Shown here: positions 1-12,620 of the stretch, one piece after another
How the letters are laid out: the number at the start of each line of letters is the position of its first letter
How positions within the stretch are numbered: position 1 is the first letter of the stretch
From: Macrostomum lignano
Taxonomy: Eukaryota
Length of the DNA: 53,395 nt
Assembly: GCA_002269645.1 (NCBI GenBank)
Contig: NIVC01004246.1
Location: 1-53,395, forward strand
Direction of reading: 5' to 3'
Notes under the pieces: generated by a model
The model's input: only the letters and a program-made list of their open reading frames with translations
What the model was told of the DNA's origin: nothing
The model's database searches: none
Made by a program: the position numbers and the translations under genes

Positions 1-3000
1 GTATCCAAATTTATATGTAAGCTTAATTGATTTTTATAAATTATTTGCATAAGCTTTAAATTGTTTCAATTTAAAAAATAACTTTAAACAAAAAATGAAT
101 TAACTCATATTTATTTATTAAGAAAATTATGCTAGCTACTATTCAATTATACATTGTAACTAAAAAAATTCTTTTTGTATTAATATACTTTTTCAATCCA
201 ATTGCCAAATACTTTCTAGATAAAATAGTAGGTTTAGGCTTCTTGACTAGAAAAAATTATTTATAGTACAGTTTGCCAATGCATATTAGCATATATTATT
301 AAAAAGTAAAATAAAAAATCAATATAAATATATAATATATCATTAATAGTAGGAATAGCTAAAAATAGCCCACACATACATGCATAACTGTTGGTATATA
401 GACATATACTAATAAGCTGATGAGGCATTTAGCCTTTATAAAATAGTCAAGTTAATTGTGCCATTTACCCAAAATTATATTAACTTTGCTTTAGTGTTTT
501 TTTATAGGTTATTCACATTTTTGGTCAAAAAGTAAGTCACATAGCACATGGCCAATATAAATGGGGGTTGCAGTTGTGCATATATAAACTCATATTAATA
601 CTTCAAATTACTTTGACTTTGGCTCTAAATATCCAAAATAGTAGGAGGCAATGATGCACATTATATTAACTCTTGTTACTTAAGAGTATTTGCTTCCTTG
701 CTATACCTTTAGACTGCTATCTTATCTTATGGCTAATTTATTTAAACTATGCTATAGTGGACCTAACTAATGAAGTAGGCTATTTTGTATTATTTTTAAA
801 TAGGCTTACTTAGACCTAGTTTAAATTCATTAAAAATTATATTTAAAAACTAAGAATAAAAGAAATTAGAATATTTTTAACAATTTTATATTAATAAAAA
901 TAACATGAATACCTACTTGCGTAATAATAAGATAGCAAATTTAATAAGTTATTTACTTTCTAATTGTTAAACTTACTAAATAGGTTTCAACCCATTTTGG
1001 TAAAAGAATTTTTTACGAAAGTCAATAATGACAAAAAATACTTAACATAATGGCCAATAAATTAGTTGTTTTATTGGATGCTCTTCCATTACGACAGGAT
1101 TTCAAAGTACGATTTTAGGAACTAGAACCAGTGGAACAACTTAAAAACCAAATTTATACACCATTATTATCCCTAATCAATTGATTGCATATCAATAGAT
1201 TGCATGTAAATACCATAACTATTATAGCATGAGTTTTTTAATTTTCTAACTGCAAATAATTTGCAGCAATGAATAATTTATTAAAGGCTTCAATCACCAA
1301 ATATAGGGGGGGCCTATATTTTCAATTATATATGTATTATATAGCAATCTTTTCACCAAACTGTCACTTTCTTTCACCATAATATATATTGATTTAAACT
1401 AAAAAATCACTTTTGCTGAAGCATCTTTTGCCAAAAATTCCTTTGCCAAAATGGGCTGCACCTATTAAATATAGGCCAGCTATTTTGAATTGAATGTTAG
1501 TATGCCATATAGATAAGACAATATGTAGTGAAACTATAAGAAAACTTGGACTCTTAGAGCTGAATTGCAATTATATTTATGAAATCACAGCTAAGGTCTA
1601 ATTTCAGAATACAATTTGGAAGTCAAGATACTATATAGCATCCTAAGTACATAGGCCTAGGCCCCTAGTCTAGGTTTTTTCCTTGGCACTAAGATGCAAA
1701 ATCATATCCTAAATTGTACTTTATGTCTGGGAAAAGGTCCTAAGCCTATACTCAACTTTTGTAGCTGTTGATTTTGCTAGGTTTTCCAGAAAACGACGCC
1801 CATATATTGATATCAATATATCGATATAGGATATGAGATATCCTATATTGTAGGTATAGATACAATATATGGGCATATACAACTTTGTTATATATTGATA
1901 TCGATATATGGGCATCATTTTCCGGAAAACCTAGCAAAATCAACAGCTACAAAAGTTGAGTATAGGCTTAGGACCTTTTTCATAAATGAATTGAATTGAA
2001 TTGAATTCAATTCAAATAGGTCTAGGCTTAGTCATATTTTTGGTTTTTACTTACTAAAAAAAACCTTAGCTTCTTTACGATAAAATTAAATTCTTTTCTC
2101 AGCTTCAAAAACTCAAATTGTTTATTCAGTGACCAGTTGGCGTTGCGTTATTTAATTTAGCTAGCATTAAATAAAGGACGGAATAATATTTAAAGGCCTT
2201 CAATGTTCAATTCTAAAGTTTGACATATCTAAATAAAATAGCACAACTTTAGAAATTAGAAATTAGGTTTGAGGTGAGAAAAGCTAAAAACTAAAACGTT
2301 AAATAAAATAATGCTTTTATTTTTATTTGAGTTAATGATAACAATGTCAACTCAACTTGCAGGAGAAATAATAAAGCACAAACTGATCAAGTCAGTTCAA
2401 TTTGAACAATTCATTAAAAACACTTCCGAGCAAAATTTGAAATCATTGAATAATCAGCTGTGAATTTTTGTCTTCAAATAACAAACTAAAAAGCAACCTC
2501 AAGTTTAGGCAGGCAAATGACCTCAGTTAATAAAGAAAGAGATAATATTTTTTTCTCGGCGCTCTGCATAAGAAAACTAGGAGTATACGGAGTTTTATAA
2601 CGTTTTGAAAACTGCATTATTGAAAATTTGAAAAATTGCATTTTAGTATTTCTTACAATAAATCTTTACAATTACAATAATAATTTTAGTATACATTCTT
2701 ATTACGATAAACAGCCTGTTCACAATAAATCTTAGGACGAAAAGTAGTTCTTATTCTTACTGGCCAAACAGGCTGTTTGCCTGAGCCAATTTACTACTAT
2801 TAGGCTATTTAGCTATTTATCATTTTTCTTATCGAGTGTAAATTAGTAAGCTGATGAAAACCAAATGACAAATTATGTAGGTCTATGTAATATTTCATGT
2901 CACACACAAAACTAAATAACTACACAGACACAATTTCCTAAAACGAAGTCAAAACGACATACCTATGTCCTATTGGCATGGCTATGCAGACATGTTTGTT

Positions 3001-5870
3001 GACAATTGCATTTGGTTGCAGCAAGCTCCTTTAAGTTAGCCTATTCATTATTCAAATAGCTTTGTCAAATAAGCAAAATATAGTATGTAATATATAGAAC
3101 TTGACATAACTATAACTATAACTATCTAGGCCTAGTTTGTTTATCATACTAATAGGAGGTCAGGAGGATAGGTATTTGTACAAATAAAATAAGATGTCTT
3201 GATTTAAATATCTAGGCTGCCTTAAACTTCTATAAGCTTACCTAATATTAATAAGTTTATGCCTGCAATATGTCTATATAGGCCTATAATCCTACCTAAT
3301 CCTAGTCTTATTCTTAGCTTATTTAGATAATATATTAGGCCTATCTTACAATTAACATCTTGACTTAGTCTTAGATATTGTAAAAGATAATTGTAAAAAT
3401 TAACTTAAACTAATTATATTTTTAAAACTTTTTTAATCCTATTTTTTAACTATTATTAAAAATGAATCCAATACAACTATAAAACCCAAAAGCTTTGTAA
3501 CAATGCTTATAGAAATTAGCCTTAAACTTAAATGCATAATAAGAAGAAAATATCAAAAATAATTTAATTATTTTTGCTATTGCCATTTGTCTATAATTTT
3601 TGTCTTCTTATAATAAACATTTAAGCATACAAATGTTGTTTCCTAATTAGGACAACAATGCTAACAAACACCATTACCAACAATGCTGAAAAATTCAAAA
3701 TAGTAAGAAGTTTATTAAAATTTTAAGTATATTAAATAAACAGATTAGTTAAGAATAGAAAAAAATAGTTTGAAAATTTTAACATAAAGGCTTTGTATTT
3801 TATAATAAACTTTTATACTAGTGTCTAAAACATTTTTTGTATTTAATAAGGCCAAGGGCCTTATTCTTTTCTACGAAAAAAGATAATATAGTTTATTATA
3901 ATCCCATTGGCATTGAAAGCCAGTCCTATTTTTGTTTTTTGTTTTTTAGGTTTTACTTTTTCTTTTATTTCTAATTAATATTTGCTTTCTAATCCATATC
4001 ATTAGACTGCAAAGTTTTTCATTTGAAAAAAGTATATTTTTATTCAAATTTGCCTTTTGAATATTGGCAAGCCATGGGACCCTTATTGAAGTTCCTATTT
4101 AAGTATAAATCCTAGGACTTATAGGGTCTAATAATATATATAGACTAAATTAACTTGTGTATTCAGTATGCTTATATACAGTTTTATAAGTCTGATACTT
4201 GTAGAACAGATTGGAGTTATATTTTAAGTATTAAAAAATTGCCTGTTTTTAACTTAAAAAAATAGTTTATAAAGGCTGTTAGAAAATTTCTAGTTTGTTT
4301 AATAACTTTAAAAGCATATATATGTTTTTTATGAGTTAATATTTGACACATAGACTAGGCCTATGATAATTGCTTACTTAGGGTCTCAATTTTCTGCCTT
4401 AATATTGTTATTAAGCCAAAGTAGCAGGTTGTCAAAGTCAATACCATTGTGTATCTTCATTGTAAAATAAGTTAGCAATGAAATAAAATTTGATACATAA
4501 CCACTTAAGAGATAGGTATGTCCACATATTCAAAGTATTAGCCAAATGACCTACAGTTGAGTCATATGAGTCATATGAGTGAGATACAGTGAACTTGGCT
4601 TACTATAGTGACTCAAAACAAAGGTATGAAATGATGCTATGCCAGCTATGCCATTAGACTTACAACTAAAAGTTAAGGATTTGATTCCAAACCCATTGGG
4701 AACAATTTATGTCCTTGAACAACACTTAACTCTGCATTGCTTCAGTTCACCTAGCTGTAAATGGGTACTAGCATTAGCTGGGATAATTGAGGGTATGTGT
4801 GGGGACTCCTTTAGCCCTTGTACTAAACAGCCTAATAATAATTATTATTATATATTAAGGCAGAAAATTGAGACTGAATAAGTGCTCAGATATCATAGAT
4901 TGTGCATGCTAAATTAGCACATTAGCGCATGAACTTCTGAGTTATTAACCAATATGCAGAACTTTTTTAATAGCCCTTGTATGAGTTTCATGAGTATAAG
5001 CTTAGGAGTTATGAGCTAATGAGCTAAGCATTTCAAATTGTTTTTGCAGTTTTACCATTTCAATAGAGTAGATGTGCAGAGAGTTGTGGCTAAAATTTCA
5101 ACTCATTTAAATCTACTGTTATTCAGGAAATGCAGTCTAGAAACTTTTGCAATGTTTCATATTTTTACACAATGTCTCAGCAAAATTATATAATCCTACT
5201 GTTTATGCTTGCACCATGGCATACCAGGCTAGTACAAGGAAGTCGTGTAAGTTTGCTTTTTGTTGATTGTATGTATACATTGCCATATTGTATTATCTTC
5301 TAATCGAAATAAATAAAATATAACTACTTGAAGTAGTAATGACAGAGTGTTGAAATTGCTTGGGATTCTGATCCTGTGTTTTCTCTGCCAGTTTTAAGTT
5401 GTATTGCTGCAAATTTTGCTCTTTAAAAGCATGTTTAGATTGGTTTTCGTCAGATCTTTTGGCCTTGCATTTGACTTACTAATGTATGAAATGCATTGAA
5501 TTGAAGTTCATTGCTATGAATTGAAATGTAAATTACTGACCATGAAAACTGCTCTACACACATTTCAGCCATAGGTATTTGTCACATCTCAATGTTTCAA
5601 ATTGATTATCACGAATTAATAATTGAGTTACCAGATGCATGCTGCTCATGGTATAGCCCTCCTTATTCAAATGCCTTGATAACCTATTATTTCTAATGAG
5701 TTTTTGTTTTTTTAATATTAGTAAAGTCTTTTTAATAGCTAATATAAACCTATTTGCTGCACTAATCAATGTTTATCTACTGCAGTGTGCTGTGCTTCAT
5801 TTTTTAAAGTATTTAAAAATAATAGATTGACAGTTTTATATTTACCTTCTTAGCCAATCGCTCAGTTATG
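1..5870. other. AT-rich, CpG-depleted block with no convincing coding region
   Basis: Roughly 70% A+T by eye (not computed), CG dinucleotides rare, only short ORFs; contrasts with the GC- and CpG-rich remainder. Confidence 0.8.
1732..1979. mobile_element. Long inverted repeat, MITE/foldback-like
   Basis: Arms 1732-1820 and 1891-1979 are reverse complements at 85/89 nt, with a 70-nt spacer. No target-site duplication found, so the MITE call is tentative. Confidence 0.55.
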
Positions 5871-6196
5871 AATCAGTTGTAGACAGCAGCCGAAGCATGC
5901 ATTTACACCATAATAATCCCATTCCCTACTCTGATGCTAACTGTCTCCCAGATGGCAGGCTGGGGCTTCCCATCTACATGAAGGGCAAGTTTCAATACTG
6001 CACTGCTGATGTCTGCGTACTGTGACACTGTGCACTTTGCACACTGGTGTGAAGTGTGTTCGCAATTACCGCTGCAGTAACAGGGTGTAGTGCGTCAACG
6101 TGATAAAATGCGCTTTTAAATGCAACAGAAACCTATTTGAGTACTTCTATTGACAAATTTCTCACTTTTTGGATTATCGCTTTTTACTATAAACTG

Positions 6197-6643
6197 GTTT
6201 AGTGCCAGAAAAGGCAAACAGCAGAGGTGTCAGTTTAGTGCCAGAAAAGGCAAACAGCAGAGGTGTCAGTTTAGTGCCAGAAAAGGCAAACAGCAGAGTG
6301 TCAGTTTAGTGCCAGAAAAGGCAAACAGCAGAGGTGTCAGTTTAGTGCCAGAAAAGGCAAACAGCAGAGGTGTCAGTTTAGTGCCAGAAAAGGCAAACAG
6401 CAGAGGTGTCAGTTTAGTGCCAGAAAAGGCAAACAGCAGAGGTGTCAGTTTAGTGCCAGAAAAGGCAAACAGCAGAGGTGTCAGTTTAGTGCCAGAAAAG
6501 GCAAACAGCAGAGGTGTCAGTTTAGTGCCAGAAAAGGCAAACAGCAGAGGTGTCAGTTTAGTGCCAGAAAAGGCAAACAGCAGAAGTGTCAGTTTAGTGC
6601 CAGAAAAGGCAAACAGCAGAGTGTCAGTTTAGTGCCAGAAAAG
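6197..6643. repeat. 36-bp minisatellite, about 12 copies
   Basis: Unit TTTAGTGCCAGAAAAGGCAAACAGCAGAGGTGTCAG. Confidence 0.95.
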
Positions 6644-7057
6644 CAAAGAATTCCAGATAAAATAAAATCTGCATAACTTGACGCATTTTTAAAGTTCCTC
6701 CCCTACTGCTAGCGGTCCTTGCGCAATTGCCCGCACTTTCAGCTGTCTGTCTGTCTGTCTGTCTGCGGGCTGTTCAGTCCTGGTGCAGAGCACGAGTACA
6801 GAAAGTAACAGTTTTTACATCATGAATGTCCAGCTTGAACTTTTTCTAATCGCCAAGGCGCTTCACAGTTTACGCAGACACGTAGCGTGCGTGCAGTTCG
6901 TGTTGTTCATGTCTCGAGTGTTCTGCATCAACTAGCGAACTCATCTTAATATCGGAGACTGCCGCTAGTCCGGCACACACTTCATTTGCGCCAGTTCCCA
7001 CCTGCCGCTCATCCTCAAATCCCCGCCGTGACTTCCGCAGTCACGGACGCGCTCCGC

Positions 7058-7414
7058 ATGCTGCCGCTGCACGAGCGGCCGGCTTTGGCCGTCTTCACCT
7101 CCGGCGGCGACTCGCAGGGCATGAACTCCGCCATCAGGGCCGTGGTCCGCATGGGCCTCTACTGCGGCTTCCGGGTCTATCTTATCTACGAGGGCTACGA
7201 AGGGATGATCGGCGACGGCGAAGACGGCCAGGAGATGATCAAGGAGGCCAATTGGGCCTCGTGTCCGGCATCATCCAGCTGGGCGGCACCGTCATCGGCT
7301 CCGCCCGCTCCGCCCGCTTCCGGACTCGCGAGGGCCGCCTACAGGCCGCTAGGAACCTCATCCGCCGCGGCATCACCAACCTGGTGGTCATCGGCGGTGA
7401 CGGCTCACTGACCG
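7058..7414 (+). CDS. Pfk: ATP-dependent 6-phosphofructokinase, coding exon 1 (one base missing at 7260/7261)
   Basis: [20 protein letters not shown] and GGDGSLTG motifs; frame switches at EANWAS/VSGII; donor G|GTGGG at 7415. The start codon is uncertain because an acceptor-like ttccgcag ends at 7040. Confidence 0.9.
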
Positions 7415-7427
7415 GTGGGCTGGGGGA

Positions 7428-7632
7428 GGATTGAGATGCTGAGAAAGGGAAGGCGGATTGAGATGCTGGGAGTAAGGATTGAGATGCTGGGAGTAAGGAT
7501 TGAGATGCTGGGAGTAAGGATTGAGATGCTGGGAGTAAGGATTGAGATGCTGGGAGTAAGGATTGAGATGCTGGAGTAAGGATTGAGATGCTGGAAGGGC
7601 GGATTGAGATGCTGGGAGGGAAGATTGAGATA
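7428..7632. repeat. 21-bp minisatellite in Pfk intron 1
   Basis: Unit GATTGAGATGCTGGGAGTAAG. Confidence 0.95.
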
Positions 7633-7708
7633 GGAAAGGCTGGTAAAAAGGCAGCGGGCTAAGGCCAACACAGCACGGTTTCGAACCAACAACCCCCCAC
7701 CCCCGCAG

Positions 7709-8085
7709 GAGCGGACCTGTTCCGCCAGGAGTGGCCGTCCCTGGTGGACGAGCTGCTCAAGGAAGGCGCGGTCACAGAGAAGCAGCGGCGCGACTATGCC
7801 AGCCTGCACATCGCGGGGATGGTCGGGTCCATCGACAACGACTTCTGCGGCACCGACATGACCATCGGGACGGACTCGGCGCTGCACCGCATCATCGAGG
7901 CCTGCGACGCCATCGCCACCACCGCGCAGAGCCATCAGCGTGCCTTCGTCATGGAGGTGATGGGCCGTCACTGCGGCTACCTGGCGCTGGTGTCCGCCCT
8001 GTGCTGCGAGGCCGACTTTCTGTTCATCCCTGAGGAGCCTCCGGGCACCGACTGGCCCGATGTGATGTGCAACCATCTGATCAAG
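7709..8085 (+). CDS. Pfk: 6-phosphofructokinase exon 2
   Basis: ccccgcag acceptor; GMVGSIDND and [10 protein letters not shown] motifs; AAG|GTGAG donor. Confidence 0.95.
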
Positions 8086-8115
8086 GTGAGCCTCGGTGCC
8101 CTCCAGTAACCTGTG

Positions 8116-8298
8116 ACCCCTGCCCTTCAGTACCCTGCAACCCCAGCCCTTCAGTACCCTGCAACCCCAGCCCTTCAGTACCCTGCAACCCCAGCCTTTC
8201 AGTACCCTGCAACCCCAGCCCTTCAGTACCCTGCAACCCCAGCCCTTCAGTACCCTGCAACCCCTGCCCTTCAGTACCATGCAACCCCTGTCCTTCAA
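8116..8298. repeat. 24-bp minisatellite in Pfk intron 2
   Basis: Unit CCTTCAGTACCCTGCAACCCCAGC. Confidence 0.95.
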
Positions 8299-8332
8299 CA
8301 CACTGACAGTCGCTCCGCCCTCGCCACCGCAG

Positions 8333-8617
8333 GCCCGGCAACGCGGCAAGCGGTTGAACATCATCATCGCGGCCGAGGGCGCCATCGACACTGAGGGCAA
8401 CGCCATCAGCGCCAACCTCATCCGGGACACGATCAGCCAGAAGCTGAAGTACGACACCAGGGTCACCGTCCTCGGCCACGTACAGCGTGGCGGTGCCCCA
8501 TCTGCCTTTGACCGCCTGCTGGGCTGCCGTATGGCTGCCGAGGCCGTGCTGGCCCTGCTGGACGCCCGCCAGAACCCGGAGCTGCCATCCATCGTTGTCA
8601 GCCTCGATGCCAATCAG
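8333..8617 (+). CDS. Pfk: 6-phosphofructokinase exon 3
   Basis: ccgcag acceptor; AEGAID and LGHVQRGG motifs; CAG|GTACT donor. Confidence 0.95.
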
Positions 8618-8699
8618 GTACTGCACAGGCGCCCGGGCTCCTTCCGCCTCTGGTTGTAGGGGTGAATCTGTGACTTCTTGAATGGCATGCATCTGAGAG

Positions 8700-9135
8700 T
8701 GACTGTGCCTGTGAGTGCCAGCCTCTGTGAGTGTTAGACTCTGAGTGCCAGCCTCTCTAAGTGTTAGACTCTGAGTGCCCGCTTCTCTATGAGTGCCAGA
8801 CTCTGTGAATACCAGCATCTCTGGGTGCCAGGATCTCTATGAGTGCCAGACTCTGTGAATACCAGCATCTCTGGGTGCCAGCATCTCTGGACGCCAGCAT
8901 CTCTGTGAGTGCCAGACTCTGTGAATACTCGTGCCAGCATCTCTGGGCGCCAGCATCTCTATGAGTGCCAGACTGTGAATACCAGCATCTCTGGGCGCCA
9001 GCATCTCTATGAGTGCCAGACTGTGAATACCAGCATCTCTGGGCGCCAGCATCTCCATGAGTGCCAGACTATGTGAATCTCTGCATCTCTGGGTGCCAGC
9101 ATCTCTGCAGACCAGCATCTCTGGGTGCCAGCATC
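8700..9135. repeat. Compound degenerate tandem repeat in Pfk intron 3
   Basis: Recurrent GAGTGCCAGACT(CT)GTGAATA and CCAGCATCTCTGGG modules. Confidence 0.85.
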
Positions 9136-9180
9136 TTACAACCGTTTACCGAAGCCATCGCTTCCCTCCCTCCGCCGCAG

Positions 9181-9603
9181 GCTGTGCGGCTGCCGCTGGT
9201 GGAGTGCGTGGCCCGCACGAAGGCGGTGAACGAGGCCATCCAGGCCAAGAACTACGCCCAGTCCGTGGAGCTGCGCGGCAAGTCCTTCATCAACAACCTG
9301 GCCACCTACCGGACCCTGAAGAAGCTGCACTCGCCCGCCAACGCCTGCAGCGACAGCTGCCCGACGCTGCTCATCGTGATGGTCGGCGCCCCCGCCTGCG
9401 GCGCCAACGCCTGCGTGCGCGCCTTCGTCCGCACCGGCATCAGCAACGGCTTCCGCGTGTTGGGCGTCAACGGCGGTTTCGACGGCCTCGTCAAGGCCAG
9501 CTTCCGCCCGCTGAGCTGGGAGTCCGTGTCCGGCCTGACGTCCTCCGGCGGCAGCTGCCTCGGCACCAAGCGGATCACCGCGGAGGAGGTCGGCATCGCC
9601 GCC
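9181..9603 (+). CDS. Pfk: 6-phosphofructokinase exon 4
   Basis: ccgcag acceptor; RGKSFINN, VGAPACGAN and GGSCLGTKR motifs; GCC|GTGAGT donor. Confidence 0.95.
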
Positions 9604-9649
9604 GTGAGTTGCCAGGAAGCTGCAGATTTGCTACCTAAGCTGTCACAAT

Positions 9650-10168
9650 TTGCTAAGCTCTTCTACTGTCTGCTAAGCTCTCCCACTATCTGCTAAGCTC
9701 TCCCACTATCTGCTAAGCTCTCCCACTATCTGCTAAGCTCTCCCACTATCTGCTAAGCTCTCCCACTATCTGCTAAGCTTTCCCACTATCTGCTAAGCTC
9801 TCCCACTATCTGCTAAGCTCTCCCACTATCTGCTAAGCTCTCCCACTATCTGCTAAGCTCTCCCACTATCTGCTAAGCTCTCCCACTATCTGCTAAGCTC
9901 TCCCACTATCTGCTAAGCTCTCCCACTATCTGCTAAGCTCTCCCACTATCTGCTAAGCTCTCCCACTATCTGCTAAGCTCTCCCACTATCTGCTAAGCTC
10001 TCCCACTATCTGCTAAGCTCTCCCACTATCTGCTAAGCTCTCCCACTATCTGCTAAGCTCTCCCACTATCTGCTAAGCTCTCCCACTATCTGCTAAGCTT
10101 TCCCACTATCTGCTAAGCTCTCCCACTATCTGCTAAGCTCTCCCACTATCTGCTAAGCTCTCCCACTG
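9650..10168. repeat. 20-bp minisatellite in Pfk intron 4
   Basis: Unit CTGCTAAGCTCTCCCACTAT, nearly invariant. Confidence 0.97.
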
Positions 10169-10250
10169 TCGGCACGCCTTCCACCTTTCCATAAGTTTTC
10201 CAATTTAGATTCTACCTGTAATTTCCTGGCCGCCATTCAATGCCGCCCAG

Positions 10251-10812
10251 GTGGCCGAGGCCCTGTCCAAGGTGGAGAACCTGAGAGGCATGCTGCTGAT
10301 CGGCGGCTTCGAGGCCTTCAGCTCGCTGGTGCAGCTGTTCCAGGCCCGGCCAAGCCAGCCAGCCCTGGCCGTGCCCATGCTGGTGGTGCCCTGCACAATC
10401 TCCAACAACGTGCCCGGCACGGACTTCTCCATCGGGGCTGACACCGCGCTCAATGAGATCACGCAGATCATCGACAAGATCAAGCAGAGCGCCGTTGGCA
10501 CCCAGCGCCGCGTGTTCGTGGTGGAGACCATGGGCGGCTACTGCGGCTACCTGGCCACCCTGGCTGGCCTGGCCGGCGGTGCGGACGCTGCCTACATCAA
10601 GGAGGACAAATTCGACCTGGCCGTGCTGCTGGACGATGTGCGCCACCTCAAGCAGAAAATGCACGACGACTGCGGCCTGCAGCGGGGCCTCATCCTGCGC
10701 AACGAGCTCGCCAACGAGAACTACTCGACTGACTTTGTGTACCGCGTCTTCAAGGAGGAGGGCAAGGGCGTCTTCGACTGCCGTTCCAACGTGCTGGGCC
10801 ACATGCAGCAGG
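10251..10812 (+). CDS. Pfk: 6-phosphofructokinase exon 5
   Basis: gcccag acceptor; [16 protein letters not shown] and [11 protein letters not shown] motifs; G|GTGGGT donor. Confidence 0.95.
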
Positions 10813-10904
10813 GTGGGTGTCGGGCGCTGTTTCTTGGCTGTAAATTTTGGTCAGCCCGCTTGCTTTCGGATGTTGGTCAGCTTTGTTTGTTGAAGTACCG
10901 GCTG

Positions 10905-12590
10905 AAGTGTGCCCTGACTGCTTCCTGCAGTGGGTCCTGGATTTTTCCTGCAGTGGGTCCTGACTGTTTCCTGAAGTGGGTACTGACTAAATCCCGAAGT
11001 GGGTACTGACTGTTTCCCGAAGTGGGTACTGACTGTTTCCTGAAGTGGGTACTGACTGTTTCCTGAAGTGGGTACTGACTGTTTCCCGAAGTGGGTACTG
11101 ACTGTTTCCTGAAGTGGGTACTGACTAAATCCCGAAGTGGGTACTGACTGTTTCCCGAAGTGGGTACTGACTGTTTCCTGAAGTGGGTACTGACTGTTTC
11201 CTGAAGTGGGTACTGACTGTTTCCCGAAGTGGGTACTGACTGTTTCCTGAAGTGGGTACTGACTGTTTCCCGAAGTGGGTACTGACTGATTCCTGAAGTG
11301 GGTACTGACTGTTTCCCGAAGTGGGTACTGACTGTTTCCCGAAGTGGGTACTGACTGATTCCTGAAGTGGGTACTGACTGTTTCCCGAAGTGGGTACTGA
11401 CTGTTTCCTGAAGTGGGTACTGACTGATTCCTAAAGTGGGTACTGACTGATTCCTGAAGTGGGTACTGACTGCTTCCTGAAGTGGGTACTGACTAAATCC
11501 CGAAGTGGGTACTGACTGATTCCTGAAGTGGGTACTGACTGCTTCCTGAAGTGGGTCCTGACTGTTTCCTGAAGTGGGTACTGACTAAATCCCGAAGTGG
11601 GTACTGACTGTTTCCCGAAGTGGGTACTGACTGTTTCCCGAAGTGGGTACTGACTGTTTCCTGAAGTGGGTACTGACTGTTTCCTGAAGTGGGTACTGAC
11701 TGATTCCTGAAGTGGGTACTGACTGTTTCCCAAAGTGGGTACTGACTGTTTCCTGAAGTGGGTACTGACTGTTTCCTGAAGTGGGTACTGACTGATTCCT
11801 AAAGTGGGTACTGACTGTTTCCCGAAGTGGGTACTGACTGTTTCCCGAAGTGGGTACTGACTGTTTCCTGAAGTGGGTACTGACTGTTTCCTAAAGTGGG
11901 TACTGACTGATTCCTGAAGTGGGTACTGACTGCTTCCTGAAGTGGGTACTGACTGTTTCCTGAAGTGGGTACTGACTGATTCCTGAAGTGGGTACTGACT
12001 GTTTCCCGAAGTGGGTACTGACTGCTTCCTGAAGTGGGTACTGGCTGATTCCCGAAGTGGGTACTGACTGTTTCCTGAAGTGGGTACTGACTGTTTCCTG
12101 AAGTGGGTACTGACTGATTCCTAAAGTGGGTACTGACTGATTCCTGAAGTGGGTACTGACTGCTTCCTGAAGTGGGTACTGACTGCTTCCTGAAGTGGGT
12201 ACTGACTGTTTCCTGAAGTGGGTACTGACTGCTTCCTGAAGTGGGTACTGACTAAATCCCGAAGTGGGTACTGACTGTTTCCTGAAGTGGGTACTGACTG
12301 CTTCCTGAAGTGGGTACTGACTGATTCCTGAAGTGGGTACTGACTGATTCCTGAAGTGGGTACTGACTGATTCCTGAAGTGGGTACTGACTGATTCCTGA
12401 AGTGGGTACTGACTGCTTCCTAATGTAGGTCTGACTGAATCCTAAAGTGGGTCCTGACTGCTTCCTAATGTAGGTCTGACTGAATCCTGAAGAGGGTCCT
12501 GACTGCTTCCTAATGTAGGTCTGACTGAATCCTAAAGTGGGTCCTGATTGCTTCCTAATGTAGGTCTGACTGCTTCCTGAGGTGGGTCCC
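10905..12590. repeat. 23-bp minisatellite in Pfk intron 5, about 70 copies
   Basis: Unit CCTGAAGTGGGTACTGACTGTTT with variants; both edges are diverged. Confidence 0.97.
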
Positions 12591-12620
12591 GAAAGCCACC
12601 TCCCCGATCTGCTCCCACAG

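Noticed and set aside
1985-2015. (GAATT)n/(AATTC)n small palindrome
   Set aside because: Short low-complexity sequence in AT-rich DNA with no further support.
7405-8818. Long antisense ORFs over Pfk exons (also over Kv2 and pol)
   Set aside because: Shadow frames of GC3-rich coding sequence.
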